Source: Desulfobacterales bacterium
Lineage (GTDB): Bacteria; Desulfobacterota; Desulfobacteria; Desulfobacterales; UBA5852
Direction of reading: 5' to 3'
NCBI GenBank assembly: GCA_963674755.2
Contig: CAXXVS010000002.1
Span: 1,888,001 to 1,952,000, forward strand
Length of the DNA stretch: 64,000 nt
Shown here in pieces: positions 29,559 to 40,376 of this stretch. Numbering within the stretch: position 1 is the stretch's first letter; every line of letters begins with the position of its first letter. Below the pieces are notes generated by a model. That model saw only the letters and a program-made list of their open reading frames with translations, was not told the origin of the DNA and ran no database searches. The position numbers and the translations under genes were made by a program.

Positions 29559-30059
29559 TCATCCCAGGGGCCATGGCAGAACGATCAGGCCCTCGGGCCA
29601 GCTCATGCCCAAAACATGGGAGGCGACGGCCATAAAACCAAGGCCGGCCGCCCCGGCAATAAGGGATGCCAGCCAGCCGGCGCTGGCCATAAAACGATAG
29701 AAAAGGAAGATAAACAGGGTCAACGCCAGCGGATAGCCGATCAGGTAAATGCTGATGTAGACCCCGATAATAATGCCCACATAGACCAGAAAGGCCGCGT
29801 AGACCTCGGCCATGGGCATATCCCAATCCACGCTCAGGTCGGCCCCGCCCGCCGTGCCTGATCCGTCGCCGCTCCTGCGCACGCTGCGCACGATTTCCAT
29901 GACGATATGGACGGCCATCAGAACGAACAGCACGAAGCTGACATAAAACGGGAAGATTTTAGCCAGATAGCCGTAGCCGCGGGCCTCCCAGATCCCGTAG
30001 GCAAACCAGGCCAGGAGAAACAGGGAGAAGAGGTTTTTCATCGTCCACAGGCGTCTCAT
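29559..30059 (-). CDS. tctB: Tripartite tricarboxylate transporter small subunit TctB
   Basis: Small multi-TM protein after tctA. Confidence 0.8.
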   Translation of the reverse strand: MRRLWTMKNLFSLFLLAWFAYGIWEARGYGYLAKIFPFYVSFVLFVLMAVHIVMEIVRSVRRSGDGSGTAGGADLSVDWDMPMAEVYAAFLVYVGIIIGVYISIYLIGYPLALTLFIFLFYRFMASAGWLASLIAGAAGLGFMAVASHVLGMSWPEGLIVLPWPLG

Positions 30060-30069
30060 GATTGTCTCC

Positions 30070-31557
30070 CTATTTTTGGGTCGCAGTGCGTCCGGCCGTC
30101 TTGAGCTTTTTCTGGTAGGCGATCGATGCCCACAGCGAGGCCACGATGATGACCGCCATGACGAGAACGCCGGGACGGGTCAGCCAGTCAAAGCCGTAAC
30201 GCTGCACGGAGATGAACAGGTACTGCTCCAGGTTGCCGGCCAGGACGAAGCCGATCAGGGCCGCCGGCCGCGGCCAACCGAACTGCTTCATGAACCAGCC
30301 CAGAATTCCCACCAGCAGAAGGGCGATCAAGTCACCCCAGCTGTAGCTGGCCTGGTAGGCGGCGAAGGTGATGATCAGGACCATGAAGGGAGCCAGGCGG
30401 CTGAAGGGCACCAGGGTCAGCTTGGTAATCGGTTTGGCCAGGAGCAGGGACAGGCCGGCGCCGAAGATGTTGGCCAAGGCCAGGCTCCAGATGGCGGTAT
30501 AGACGAGATCGAGATCCTCGGTCAGCATGGTGGGGCCCGGCTGAATGCCCAGGATCAGAAGGCCTCCCAGAAAAACCGCCATGGACCCGGAGCCGGGGAT
30601 GCCGAAAAGAAAGGTGGGGATCAGGCCGCCGCCCTCCTTGGCATTGTTGGCGCTTTCAGGGGCGATGACCCCGCGGATGTCCCCCTGGCCGAAACGCTCG
30701 CGGTCCTTGCTGGTCTGGATGACGTGGCCGTAAGCGATCCAATCCACCACCGAGCCCCCCAATCCCGGGATGAAGCCCACGATGACGCCGATGGTGGCAC
30801 AGCGCAGGACAATCCACTTGTGGCGCAGGGTGTCTTTAAGACCGTCGAGCCAGCCCCGGCCGAGTTCGGCCCTCTCCGAGATGGGCCGGCCCTTGATCAG
30901 CAGATCGATGATCTCGGGAAAGGCGAACAGCCCCAGGCCGACGATCACCAGGGAGACGCCGTCCATCAGGTAGTCGAACCCGAAAGTATAGCGGTATTCC
31001 GCAATAGCCGGGGCATCGCCCATGGCGCCCAGCATGAGCCCGATGCCCGCTCCGATGATGCCCTTGATGGGCTGGTTGCCCGAAAGCACCCCCACCATGG
31101 ACATACCCAGAAGGGCCAGCATGAAGAGTTCCGGGGAGCCGAAGGCCAGCACCAGGGGGCGGGCGATGGGAATAATGAGGGTCAGGACGAAGGCGCCGTA
31201 GAGCCCGCCGATTAAAGACGCCGTAAAGGCGGCGCCCAGCGCGCGGGCGGCTTCGCCCTTCCTGGCCAGGGGATAGCCGTCCATGATGGTGGCCTGGGAG
31301 GCCGACGACCCCGGAATGCCCATCATGACGGACGGGAAGGTGTCGGAGGTCGGGATGACCGCCACCATGCCGATCAGCAGGGCAAAAGCGTTGTGGATGT
31401 CCATGCCGTAGATCACCGGCAGGAGAATGGTCATGCCCACGATGCCCCCCAGGCCGGGCAGAATCCCGACGCCGAGCCCCAATACGACGCCTCCGATCAA
31501 ATAGATGAGATGCGCGGGCGTCAGCAATACGGCGAGTGCTTGAAAAAAGGCCTCCAT
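30070..31557 (-). CDS. tctA: Tripartite tricarboxylate transporter TctA
   Basis: GILPGLGG, DGYPLARKG, APESANNA, GIPGS. Confidence 0.93.
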   Translation of the reverse strand: MEAFFQALAVLLTPAHLIYLIGGVVLGLGVGILPGLGGIVGMTILLPVIYGMDIHNAFALLIGMVAVIPTSDTFPSVMMGIPGSSASQATIMDGYPLARKGEAARALGAAFTASLIGGLYGAFVLTLIIPIARPLVLAFGSPELFMLALLGMSMVGVLSGNQPIKGIIGAGIGLMLGAMGDAPAIAEYRYTFGFDYLMDGVSLVIVGLGLFAFPEIIDLLIKGRPISERAELGRGWLDGLKDTLRHKWIVLRCATIGVIVGFIPGLGGSVVDWIAYGHVIQTSKDRERFGQGDIRGVIAPESANNAKEGGGLIPTFLFGIPGSGSMAVFLGGLLILGIQPGPTMLTEDLDLVYTAIWSLALANIFGAGLSLLLAKPITKLTLVPFSRLAPFMVLIITFAAYQASYSWGDLIALLLVGILGWFMKQFGWPRPAALIGFVLAGNLEQYLFISVQRYGFDWLTRPGVLVMAVIIVASLWASIAYQKKLKTAGRTATQK

Positions 31558-31728
31558 GGACGCTCCTCAACTTCACAAATGCCGGCATGACCGGCTTTGA
31601 ATAAGGTTGCTCGGTCCCGGCGAACAGGGTCCGGGGGCAATTTGACGGATGCAACCGGGGGCGCTATCCGGATCCCGCCGGGCCGGGCGAAGGCCGGCCC
31701 GAGACAAAAGGCCGGCCGGATCGACACG

Positions 31729-32811
31729 CTATTTAACCTCGATGTCGTATTTGTCCTTGATCCATTTGACAACCCAGGCTTTATCTTCCTTGGAGACGTT
31801 GAGCACCTGGTCGAAGGCCTTGCGGGCTTTCTCACCGGCCATCTGCTGATAGCCCCCCAGGCTCTTTGCGACCACCGTCTGGAATTCCGGATCGGTCAGG
31901 ATCTTCTTGGCGGCCTCGCGGTAGGCGTCGATTACCTCGGGTTTGGTTTTTTCAGGCAGCCACATGGCCTTCTGGACTGCGAAGCCCGCGATCATGAAGG
32001 CTTTCCAGGCATTCCAGGCTTGACCGGAAGGCTTCTTGCCGTGCACCATTTCGTAAACCTCGGGGAAACAGGGCAGATTCGGTTCGATGGGATCCCGCAC
32101 GATATTGCCGTCATCGTCCAGCACGCCCCAGGTCATCAGGGGCACGGCCAAGCCCTGTTCCACCAAGGGCCGGACGTTTTTGATGTAAGCCGTGGAGGTC
32201 TGATAGTCGATGCCGACCTCCCCCTGCTCAAAGGCCACTCGGCCGGCCCCGCGCCCCTTGTAGCCAAAAACCGCCTTGACGTTCAGCCCCAGCAGGTCAA
32301 AGGCCAGCAGCGGGACGATATCCAGGGAGGTCGCTCCCTGGGAGGCGTAGTTCATCTCCGTGGTAAACCCTTTCAGGTCGGCGGCGGATTTGACGCCCAT
32401 TTTAGGATTGATGTAAACCACCCCGCCGGTGGGCGAGGCGAACACGATGTGGTATTTGGCGAAATCATAGCGGACTTTGCTGTTGCCCAGAAGATAGGGA
32501 AAGCTCGTGGACCCCGAGGAGCCGAATACCACCAGCCCGTCATTGCCCCGCACGCGCTGCGCAAAGTAGTTGCCACCTGTGATGCTGCCCCCGCCGGGCA
32601 TGTTTTTGACAGCCACGATGGGGTTTCCCGGAAGGTATTTCTGAAAGAACGGGGCATACAGCCGCGACCAGACATCGCTGCCGCCCCCGACCCGGAAGGG
32701 AATGATCCATTCGATTTTCTCACCTGAAAAATCAACCTCGGCCTGTGCCGCCGGTGCCGCCAGCACCAGGGCACATACCATCGCCAGAACGACGCTCAAC
32801 CATTTTTTCAT
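31729..32811 (-). CDS. tctC: TctC/Bug substrate-binding protein
   Basis: Signal peptide, IIPFRVGGGSD, NMPGGG. Confidence 0.88.
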   Translation of the reverse strand: MKKWLSVVLAMVCALVLAAPAAQAEVDFSGEKIEWIIPFRVGGGSDVWSRLYAPFFQKYLPGNPIVAVKNMPGGGSITGGNYFAQRVRGNDGLVVFGSSGSTSFPYLLGNSKVRYDFAKYHIVFASPTGGVVYINPKMGVKSAADLKGFTTEMNYASQGATSLDIVPLLAFDLLGLNVKAVFGYKGRGAGRVAFEQGEVGIDYQTSTAYIKNVRPLVEQGLAVPLMTWGVLDDDGNIVRDPIEPNLPCFPEVYEMVHGKKPSGQAWNAWKAFMIAGFAVQKAMWLPEKTKPEVIDAYREAAKKILTDPEFQTVVAKSLGGYQQMAGEKARKAFDQVLNVSKEDKAWVVKWIKDKYDIEVK

Positions 32812-33020
32812 TGGGGAACCTCCTCTCCCAAATAACCCGGTGGATACCATTTCCGGGACCGGTGTCCTGCGGTCCCGCCCTCGACCTCTCCGTCTGAACG
32901 GCCATCGGCAATGACTCCGCTTTCCCCAGGCGTGCGGAACACGTTGCGGACGGAAATGCGGTTCCCGACAAGCCCTCCGGGGGCCATGGGCCGGCGAACG
33001 ACATTTAATCCGACATAAAT

Positions 33021-33036
33021 TTCATAAAGTATGCCA
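33021..33036 (-). promoter_or_regulatory. Candidate sigma54 promoter (-12 variant) for tctC
   Basis: TGGCATACTTTATGAA; divergent from sigma54 activator. Confidence 0.45.
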
Positions 33037-33199
33037 ATTACAAAAATCAAATTAATTTTTAATAACGTCCGTTTATTGGGTAGATGATGGTTCAGTTGCA
33101 CCGTGGTGGGGCGGGGCCTGTTAAAGTCGATTGACAATATGTTTTAATTATGAAACTTATCGTTTCACATTTTTCACATTCTCCCATGGAAAGGCCCCC

Positions 33200-35128
33200 A
33201 TGCCCCATAAAAAAATCCGGATCGGTATTTTCGCTTCCAGCCACTCCCTGATCGAACGGGTCCAGATCCTGGCGGCCCGCCAGCAGGATCAGATCTTTAT
33301 CAATACCCAGGGACTGGACGACGCCATTCCCCTGGCGCGGGACATGGTTCGCAACGGGGTCGAGATCATCATCAGCCGACGGGGCACCGCTCATCTGCTG
33401 CGCGAAAACCTGCGCATCCCGGTGCTGTCCTTTCCCCACCGCTCCCTGGACATCCTGATCAGCCTAAAAAAAGCCGCCGCCCGAAGCCGCAAAATTCTCC
33501 TCCCGGTTTTTCGCCAGGAATGGAGCGGCATCGAAACACTCGAGGATTTGTTCCGTATCGAACTCGTCCAAAAAGTTTACCATGACAAACCCAGTCTCCG
33601 GCAGGCCGTCGCCGCGGCCTGCCGGGAGGGCTGCGACATGGCCGTCGGGGGCAGCGTGACCCAGCACTTCGCCGATGCCATGGAACTGAAATTCACCGAG
33701 ATCCGAACTTCGGACGAAGATGTCGCCGCCACCATCGAAGACGCCAAATCGATCGCCCTCTCGGCACGCAATCAAAAGGCCGCCACCCTGCGCTACCGCG
33801 CCATTATCGATGCCGCCTCGGACGGCATCATCGCCGTGGATGAAAACGGTCACATCACCACCGTCAATGCGGCCGCGGACATCCTGCTCAAAATCGGCCA
33901 GGAGGACGTTTTGGGGCGTCCGATCACCCAAGTGATTCCCGGCTGCCCGATCACCCAGGTCCTGATGACCAAAAAACCCATCAACGACCGTCTGACCCGC
34001 ATCGCAAAGGATCGCTATATCTTCAATTATCAGCCGGTCATGCTGGAGAATGCCGTCATCGGGGCCGTGGCGGCCTTCCGGGATATCGGTCATGTCATGC
34101 GCGCCGAGCAAGTGGTCCGCCGCTCCCTGTCCAAGGGGCTCGTGGCCAAATACGACCTCGACGACCTGATCCATGCCAGCCCGGCCATGCGCGATGTCGT
34201 CAATCTCGGGCGGCAGTATGCCGGCACCGACTCCACCATCCTGGTCGTGGGAGAAACCGGCACCGGCAAGGAAATTTTCGTCCACGGCATCCACAGCCTC
34301 AGCCAGCGTGCCGCGCAACCCTTTGTCTCGGTGAACTGCGCGGCCCTGCCCGAAACGCTGCTGGAAAGCGAATTGTTCGGCTATGAAGAAGGCGCCTTTA
34401 CCGGCTCCAAAAAGGGCGGCAAGGCCGGACGCTTCGAAATTGCCCATCAGGGCACCATTTTTCTGGACGAGATCGACTCCACCCCCGAAACGGTCCAGAT
34501 TCGCCTGTTGCGGGTCCTCCAAGAAAAGGAGGTCATGCGCGTGGGCGGCGACCGCAAGATCCCGGTGGATGTACGCATCATTGCCGCCGCCAGCCGGGAT
34601 TTGAACACCGCCGTCCAGGAAGGCAAATTCCGGGCGGACCTTTTCTTCCGGCTCAATGTGCTGCGGCTGCACATCCCCCCCTTGCGGCAGCGGCTGGAAG
34701 ACATCCCGCTGCTGTTGGATTTCTTCGTCCGCCACTTCTCCGAGCGTCACGGACTGGAGCCCATCGCGCTGCCCGAGGTCTACCTCGAACGGTTGACGGC
34801 CTATGCCTGGCCGGGCAATGTGCGCCAGTTGCGCAACTTCGCCGAACGGCTGGTGATGAACTGCAGCCTGCGCTGCAGTCCGGATACCCTGGAAGTGCTC
34901 TACCGGGAATTGCTGCAATATGGCAGCCCCCAGGTGGTGCCGGAGAAAACCGCCGCGGTGGCCGACACCCTCAAAGACCGCCTCAAAGTCCACACCCTGG
35001 ACAACGAGCGCAGCATCATTCTGGATGCCCTCGAAAAGTGCCGCTTCCATAAAAACAAGGCCGCCGAACGCCTCGGGATCAGCCGCACCACCCTTTGGCG
35101 TAAGATCAAGGAACTCGGGATTGACTGA
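33200..35128 (+). CDS. PrpR-like sigma54-dependent activator (PrpR_N-PAS-AAA-Fis HTH)
   Basis: IIISRRGTA N-domain, GETGTGKE, ESELFGYEEGAFTGS, WPGNVRQL, LGISRTTLWRK. Confidence 0.9.
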   Translation: MPHKKIRIGIFASSHSLIERVQILAARQQDQIFINTQGLDDAIPLARDMVRNGVEIIISRRGTAHLLRENLRIPVLSFPHRSLDILISLKKAAARSRKILLPVFRQEWSGIETLEDLFRIELVQKVYHDKPSLRQAVAAACREGCDMAVGGSVTQHFADAMELKFTEIRTSDEDVAATIEDAKSIALSARNQKAATLRYRAIIDAASDGIIAVDENGHITTVNAAADILLKIGQEDVLGRPITQVIPGCPITQVLMTKKPINDRLTRIAKDRYIFNYQPVMLENAVIGAVAAFRDIGHVMRAEQVVRRSLSKGLVAKYDLDDLIHASPAMRDVVNLGRQYAGTDSTILVVGETGTGKEIFVHGIHSLSQRAAQPFVSVNCAALPETLLESELFGYEEGAFTGSKKGGKAGRFEIAHQGTIFLDEIDSTPETVQIRLLRVLQEKEVMRVGGDRKIPVDVRIIAAASRDLNTAVQEGKFRADLFFRLNVLRLHIPPLRQRLEDIPLLLDFFVRHFSERHGLEPIALPEVYLERLTAYAWPGNVRQLRNFAERLVMNCSLRCSPDTLEVLYRELLQYGSPQVVPEKTAAVADTLKDRLKVHTLDNERSIILDALEKCRFHKNKAAERLGISRTTLWRKIKELGID

Positions 35129-35325
35129 CGCCCCCACGGGGAGGACCGCGCCCGTGGAGATCACTGGCATTTATCTTGCTTAAAACATTCAGGAAGCCAC
35201 GTCTCTGTTCCGGAAACTCCGATGCGGCCAAATGCGGACCCCGCCGGTCTGCCATGCCACCGGCGATCTGAGGCTCCCGCAATCCGCTCGTCACCGCTCA
35301 CAATGCCAGAAGGAGGCCATCGGCC

Positions 35326-36480
35326 ATGCAAAAACGTATTCCCGCAGTCCTGATGCGGGGTGGCACCAGCAAAGCATTGTTCTTCCATGACAACCACCTG
35401 CCCCAGGATCCCGCTATCCGCAGCCGGGTCGTTCTGGCGGCTTTCGGCAGCCCGGATCCTAACCGGCGCCAGATCGACGGATTGGGCGGCGGTGTCAGCA
35501 CCACCAGCAAGATGGCCATCATCAGCCCTTCTCCATCGCCGGATTACGATGTGGTCTACAATTTCGGGCAGGTTTCCATCGACCGGCCCATCGTGGATTA
35601 CAAAAGCAACTGCGGCAATATTTCTTCGGCCGTGGGACCCTTCGCGGTGGATGAAGGTCTGGTCAAGGTGGTGGAACCCGTCACCCGGGTCCGCATCCAC
35701 CAGTTGAACACCAACAAGCTGATCACGGCCGAGGTTCCGGTCAAGGACGGCCGCTTCGACGAAACGGGCGACTACAGCATCGCCGGGGTACCGGGGACCC
35801 ATGCGCGTATCACCCTGCGGTTTGCCGACCCGGGCGGGGCCGTCACCGGCCGGCTTTTCCCCACCGGCCATCGCCGGGATGACATCGAGGTGCCGGGCCA
35901 CGGCCGGGTCACCATCACCATCATCGACGCCGCCAACCCGGTGGTTCTGGTGCGAGCGGAGGCCATCGGGCTGACCGGCACCGAGATCGACGAAATCGAA
36001 GCCACTCCGGACATCAAACGCACCCTGGAAGCCATCCGCTGCCAGGCCGCCGTCATGACCGGGCTGGCCGCCAGCACGGAGGAGGCCACCCAGCGCAGCC
36101 AGGCCGTACCCAAGATCGCCTTCGTGGCGCCCCCCCGGTCGTACACCGACACGGGCGGACGCACGGTGGCCGCCGAGGCCATCGACATCACGGCCCGCAT
36201 CATGTCCATGGGCACCCTGCACCGCTCCTACGCCGTCAGCGGGGGCATCGCCACGGCCGGTGCCGCCATGATTCCCGACACGGTGGCCTACGATCTCCTG
36301 ACGGATGCAGCCCGCCAGCGGGATCTGCTGCGCATCGGACATCCCGGGGGCATCATCGACCTGGGCGCCGCCATCGACCTGGAAGGAAACGACTGCACCT
36401 ACCGCGAGGCGATCGTCGGCCGCACCGCCCGGCGCCTCATGGAAGGCTACGCCCTGGTTCCGGAAGAGCACTTCGGATAG
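35326..36480 (+). CDS. prpF: PrpF-family aconitate/methylaconitate isomerase
   Basis: MRGGTSK, QIDGLGGG..TSK, NCGNISSAVGPFA, RTARRLMEG. Confidence 0.9.
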   Translation: MQKRIPAVLMRGGTSKALFFHDNHLPQDPAIRSRVVLAAFGSPDPNRRQIDGLGGGVSTTSKMAIISPSPSPDYDVVYNFGQVSIDRPIVDYKSNCGNISSAVGPFAVDEGLVKVVEPVTRVRIHQLNTNKLITAEVPVKDGRFDETGDYSIAGVPGTHARITLRFADPGGAVTGRLFPTGHRRDDIEVPGHGRVTITIIDAANPVVLVRAEAIGLTGTEIDEIEATPDIKRTLEAIRCQAAVMTGLAASTEEATQRSQAVPKIAFVAPPRSYTDTGGRTVAAEAIDITARIMSMGTLHRSYAVSGGIATAGAAMIPDTVAYDLLTDAARQRDLLRIGHPGGIIDLGAAIDLEGNDCTYREAIVGRTARRLMEGYALVPEEHFG

Positions 36481-36552
36481 CCCCCAAGCCGGCCCACAGG
36501 CCGCCCGTCCGGATGCCCCGCCTCCGGCAACCGTGCAGGCAAGGAAAACGCA

Positions 36553-37647
36553 ATGACTGCAAGCTATTGGGTCGTCATTCTACCGGGCGACGGCATCGGC
36601 CCCGAAATCGTCGACGCCACCCTGGAAGTACTGGAAACCCTGCAAAATCTGTCGGGCCGTTTCGCCCTGATCTACGAATTTCACCAGGCCGGGGCGGGCT
36701 GCTACCGGGAGACCGGGCAGACCATTACCGACGAAGCCCTGGAGGCGTTTCAACGGGCCAACGCCACCCTCAAAGGGCCGGTGGGGCTGCCGGACGTGCG
36801 ACGTCCGGACGGTACCGAAGCGGGGCTCCTGGGGGGCGAGCTGCGGGTGCGCTTCGATCTTTTCGCCAACGTACGCCCCATCCGCCTCTACCCCAACGTG
36901 GCCTGCCCATTGCGGGACCATGCGCCCGATCATATCGACTACATCATCGTGCGGGAAAACTGCGAAGGGCTGTATCTTTCGCGGGGCTTAGGGCTCACCA
37001 CGCCCCAGGCTGCCACCGACACCCTCCTCCTGACGGCCCAAGGCTGCGAGCGTATTGCCCGGCACGCCTTCCGCCTGGCGCAGACCAAGGAACGGGGCGC
37101 CCCCGGGGACGGCAAACGGCGGGTGACCCTGGTGGACAAGAGCAACGTCCTGCGCTCCTTCGCTTTTTTCCGCAGGATTTTCCTGGAGGTCGCGGCGGAC
37201 TATCCCGATGTGACCGCCGAATGCCTTTACATCGACGCGGCGGCCGCCGCCCTGGTCAACCGCCCCGAGCACTTTCAGATCATCGTGACCGAAAACCTGT
37301 TCGGGGATATCCTAAGCGACCTGGGGGGCGCCACCATCGGCGGACTCGGCATGTGCCCGGGCGCCAATATCGGCACCCGCCTCGCCTATTTCGAGCCCAT
37401 CCACGGTTCGGCGCCGGACATTGCCGGCCGCCGTCTGGCCAACCCCACCTCCCAGATCCTGGCTGCGGCCATGATGCTCCGCCATCTGGGAGAGGAGGAA
37501 GATGCCGCTCTCTTGGAGAGGGCCGTCTGGGAGCTCTACGCGCGCAAGCGCATACCACTGATGCCCACCGGTACGATCGAGGGTGGCCCGACCCTTGTTG
37601 CCAGGGAATTGCAAAACGTTCTCAAATCACTAATCGACCGCGCCTGA
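36553..37647 (+). CDS. Isocitrate/isopropylmalate/tartrate dehydrogenase family protein
   Basis: PGDGIGPE, RENCEGLY, NLFGDILSD, EPIHGSAPDIAG. Confidence 0.9.
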   Translation: MTASYWVVILPGDGIGPEIVDATLEVLETLQNLSGRFALIYEFHQAGAGCYRETGQTITDEALEAFQRANATLKGPVGLPDVRRPDGTEAGLLGGELRVRFDLFANVRPIRLYPNVACPLRDHAPDHIDYIIVRENCEGLYLSRGLGLTTPQAATDTLLLTAQGCERIARHAFRLAQTKERGAPGDGKRRVTLVDKSNVLRSFAFFRRIFLEVAADYPDVTAECLYIDAAAAALVNRPEHFQIIVTENLFGDILSDLGGATIGGLGMCPGANIGTRLAYFEPIHGSAPDIAGRRLANPTSQILAAAMMLRHLGEEEDAALLERAVWELYARKRIPLMPTGTIEGGPTLVARELQNVLKSLIDRA

Positions 37648-37677
37648 TCTCGTGAGCCCGGCCCAAAGGATCGCCCT

Positions 37678-38172
37678 ATGAATCCCAATTTCGGATGGAT
37701 AACCTATATCGTTATCGGTACCCTCGGCGGTATCGCCGGATCCCGTCTCAAAATCCCGGCCGGGAGCCTGATCGTGGCCATGCTGGCGATCATCGTCTTC
37801 AAACTGATTACCCGAACCCACTGGGAAATGCCCCGGGGATTCAATTTCATCCTGCAGATCGCCCTGGGGATCATGGTGGGGGCCTCGTTTCAACCGGCCA
37901 TGCTGCCCGTTCTCCGGCAGATCTTCTTCCCGGTGCTGGCCTCCACCCTGACCCTGGTGGGGGTGGGCATCCTGCTGTCCATCATCTTCACCCGCATGGG
38001 GGTTCTGGACGCCCCTTCGGCCTATCTGGGCACCAGCCCCGGTGCCATGAGCGCCCTGATCGTGCTGGCCTTTGAAAGCGGCTCCAGCGCCACCTTGGTG
38101 GTCTGTTTTCACTTTTTCCGGGTGGTGTTTGTGATTTTGACGGCGCCTCTCCTCCTAAAATTCTTCTCCTGA
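37678..38172 (+). CDS. AbrB-family membrane protein
   Basis: Hydrophobic; AYLGTSPGAMS...HFFRVVFV. Confidence 0.8.
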   Translation: MNPNFGWITYIVIGTLGGIAGSRLKIPAGSLIVAMLAIIVFKLITRTHWEMPRGFNFILQIALGIMVGASFQPAMLPVLRQIFFPVLASTLTLVGVGILLSIIFTRMGVLDAPSAYLGTSPGAMSALIVLAFESGSSATLVVCFHFFRVVFVILTAPLLLKFFS

Positions 38173-38174
38173 GA

Positions 38175-38297
38175 CGGGTGCGTAAGCGGTCCAATATCGG
38201 CGTTGCGCGGCGCTCCTCGTCGCTGCGACGTACCTGGTGTACGTCTCACTCCTCAGATCTTGCGCGCCTTGATCTTGAACCGCTTATCGATCGCCGG
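38175..38297. repeat. Single MITE-like unit, same family as 20271 array, inverted
   Basis: aatatcggcgttg...cgtcgctgcgacgtacctggtgtacgtctcactcct...cgccttgatcttga is near the reverse complement of the array core. Confidence 0.8.
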
Positions 38298-39156
38298 GGA
38301 TGGGGATGCACGACTCGCAGGGCACGCCGGTCTGGCACAGGCCGCAGCCCTTGCCTTCGAAGCCGTAGCGGGATTTGATGGCGGGCATGGTCGTCCCGCG
38401 GATATAGGCTTTGCATTTGACCTTGTCGTGGCCGGCCGCCGTGATGGCGCCGGCCGGGCAGCGCTGCATGCACTTGCCGCAAATGCCCCGGGTGTGGAAG
38501 AGGCAATAGGCGTGGTGGTGGTCGTAGGACCGGGGGGAGGGAGCGATCCGGATCGCGGCCACCACCGATCCCACCCGGATGGCCTTGCCCAGGGGCGTGA
38601 TCAGACCGTCGCTCAACCCGAAGGTTCCCAGTCCGCAGGCATAGGCCGCGTGGCGCTCCGACCAGGTGGAGGCATAGCCGTGCTTCGGGGATTCCCGTTT
38701 TTCCCAAGAGGGGGAGAGCATCGGCGCCACGGCCCGGATGCCGGCCGCTTCCAGCCGATCGACGGCATACTGTCTTACCTTGACGTTGAACAATTCACCG
38801 AACGTCCGCGCCCGGCTCCAGGGCTCGGCCGGAAATTGCTTCTCCCGACTATTGGCGGTCTTGGTGGCCCGGGTCTGGGGCAGGATCCAGCTGATGACGG
38901 TCAGGGCATCCGCCCCGACAGGGGTATCTGGAAAGGACCGCGCAAAGATTTCCTGCGGTGTCCAGTGAAAAGGCCCGACATGGTCCTTGTAAGCCTCGAA
39001 CAGGGGGTCGTCCCCGGCCGCAAATCCCACCAAAGGCGTGTCAAAGGCTCTTGTGCGCCCCGCATCCTGCAGATGGTTTTCCGGCGAGTGCGCCACATAG
39101 TGCCGGATGCCGTCCTGGATCCACCCGGCCGTGCCCGCTTGTCCTTCGCCCGTCAT
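38284..39156 (-). CDS. QueG-like 4Fe-4S protein
   Basis: WSERHAAYACGLGTFG, CGKCMQRCPAGAI, CGLCQTGVPC. Confidence 0.78.
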   Translation of the reverse strand: MTGEGQAGTAGWIQDGIRHYVAHSPENHLQDAGRTRAFDTPLVGFAAGDDPLFEAYKDHVGPFHWTPQEIFARSFPDTPVGADALTVISWILPQTRATKTANSREKQFPAEPWSRARTFGELFNVKVRQYAVDRLEAAGIRAVAPMLSPSWEKRESPKHGYASTWSERHAAYACGLGTFGLSDGLITPLGKAIRVGSVVAAIRIAPSPRSYDHHHAYCLFHTRGICGKCMQRCPAGAITAAGHDKVKCKAYIRGTTMPAIKSRYGFEGKGCGLCQTGVPCESCIPIPGDR

Positions 39157-39275
39157 GAATTCTCCCTCCCGACCTCGCTCCGCAAGACATCATTCCATGC
39201 CGCCCGGCCACAGGGCAGCGCTCTTCATTGATGCTTCGCCCGCACCTTACTGGCCGGACCCGGCGAGCGCTTTCC

Positions 39276-40376
39276 TCACCTTTTCTCGTGGGATTGTTCG
39301 GCCGCATTGCGAACCAGCGCCGCATAGCGGTAAAGTCCGTGCAGGAACTTGCCGTAAGGCATGGTGATGAACAACCCCAGGACAAACCCGAGATGAATGG
39401 CGAGCAGGCCTCCCATGAGCGGCGTCGCCCGGAACACGAGAAGCAGCAAGCCGGTCAGACCCGTCATGAAAAGCACGATGATAAAGGCCATATCCATACC
39501 AAGGGTTTCCGGCGCAGCCGGTTTGCGGTCCATCCGACGCTTGAGATAGAACAGTCCCCCCGTACCGATCACCAGGGCCAGCCCTCCCAGGGTTCCCAGT
39601 AGAACGGGCCAGCTCCAGAAGGGATAGGGCGCCGGTCGGTGCAGCAGGTGGTCATAGAAGAACGCTACCGTAGTAGAAGTCAAGCACAGTAGAAAGCCAT
39701 AGAAGACCGCGTGGTGCAGGCGGCGACGGATCATGCTGAAGCGATCGTCGGGGTAGTTGCAGCCGTGCCCCCCGCCGTCCAGATATTTGAGCCGCAGGAC
39801 ATCCCAGACCGCCTGCCGGTGCGCCGGCCAGCGCTTGAGCTCTTCCGGGGTGCCGCCGAAAACCTGCCATAAACGGACGAACCCCTTGCCAAGGCCCACC
39901 AGCACCCACACGGCCAGCGCCATGAACGGCAATACCATGGCGGCATAGGGGATCACCTGGTAGAAGGCGCCTTCTCCCGTATGGGTGGCGAAGAGCACGC
40001 CACGCCCCTGGAACAAAAGGGTCAGCACAAGCACCAGCGCGACACCGAGGGCGGCGATCAGCCCGACGATCAGGCCGTTGTTCTGGAAAAAGCCCGCCAT
40101 GGCCCTGGGCCAGCTCGCCTCCCGGTAGGTGTCCTGGCGCAGCTCCGCCAGGGTCCGGGGCACGTTGAGCATGAACTCGTGGGGCGGTGCATACTGGCAG
40201 GCATAATAGCAGCCGCGGCAGTTGTGGCAGAGATTGGCCAGATATTTCAGGTCCTGTTCCGAGAACACCCGCCGCAGTTCCATGGCCGGAAAGACGGCGC
40301 AAAACCCTTCGCAGTAGCGGCAGGCATTGCAGATCGTCATCACCCGGTCAGCTTCCTTTAAGATTGTCGATGACAT
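39276..40376 (-). CDS. tcuB: Tricarballylate utilization Fe-S membrane protein TcuB
   Basis: ICNACRYCEGFCAVF, LCHNCRGCYYACQYAPPHEF, PYGKFLH. Confidence 0.95.
   Translation of the reverse strand: MSSTILKEADRVMTICNACRYCEGFCAVFPAMELRRVFSEQDLKYLANLCHNCRGCYYACQYAPPHEFMLNVPRTLAELRQDTYREASWPRAMAGFFQNNGLIVGLIAALGVALVLVLTLLFQGRGVLFATHTGEGAFYQVIPYAAMVLPFMALAVWVLVGLGKGFVRLWQVFGGTPEELKRWPAHRQAVWDVLRLKYLDGGGHGCNYPDDRFSMIRRRLHHAVFYGFLLCLTSTTVAFFYDHLLHRPAPYPFWSWPVLLGTLGGLALVIGTGGLFYLKRRMDRKPAAPETLGMDMAFIIVLFMTGLTGLLLLVFRATPLMGGLLAIHLGFVLGLFITMPYGKFLHGLYRYAALVRNAAEQSHEKR

Noticed and set aside
33464..35170. Long antisense ORFs (this one and e.g. 15198-16310, 28054-29295, 60764-62182)
   Set aside because: Shadow or alternative frames of well-supported GC-rich genes, with no recognisable motifs.
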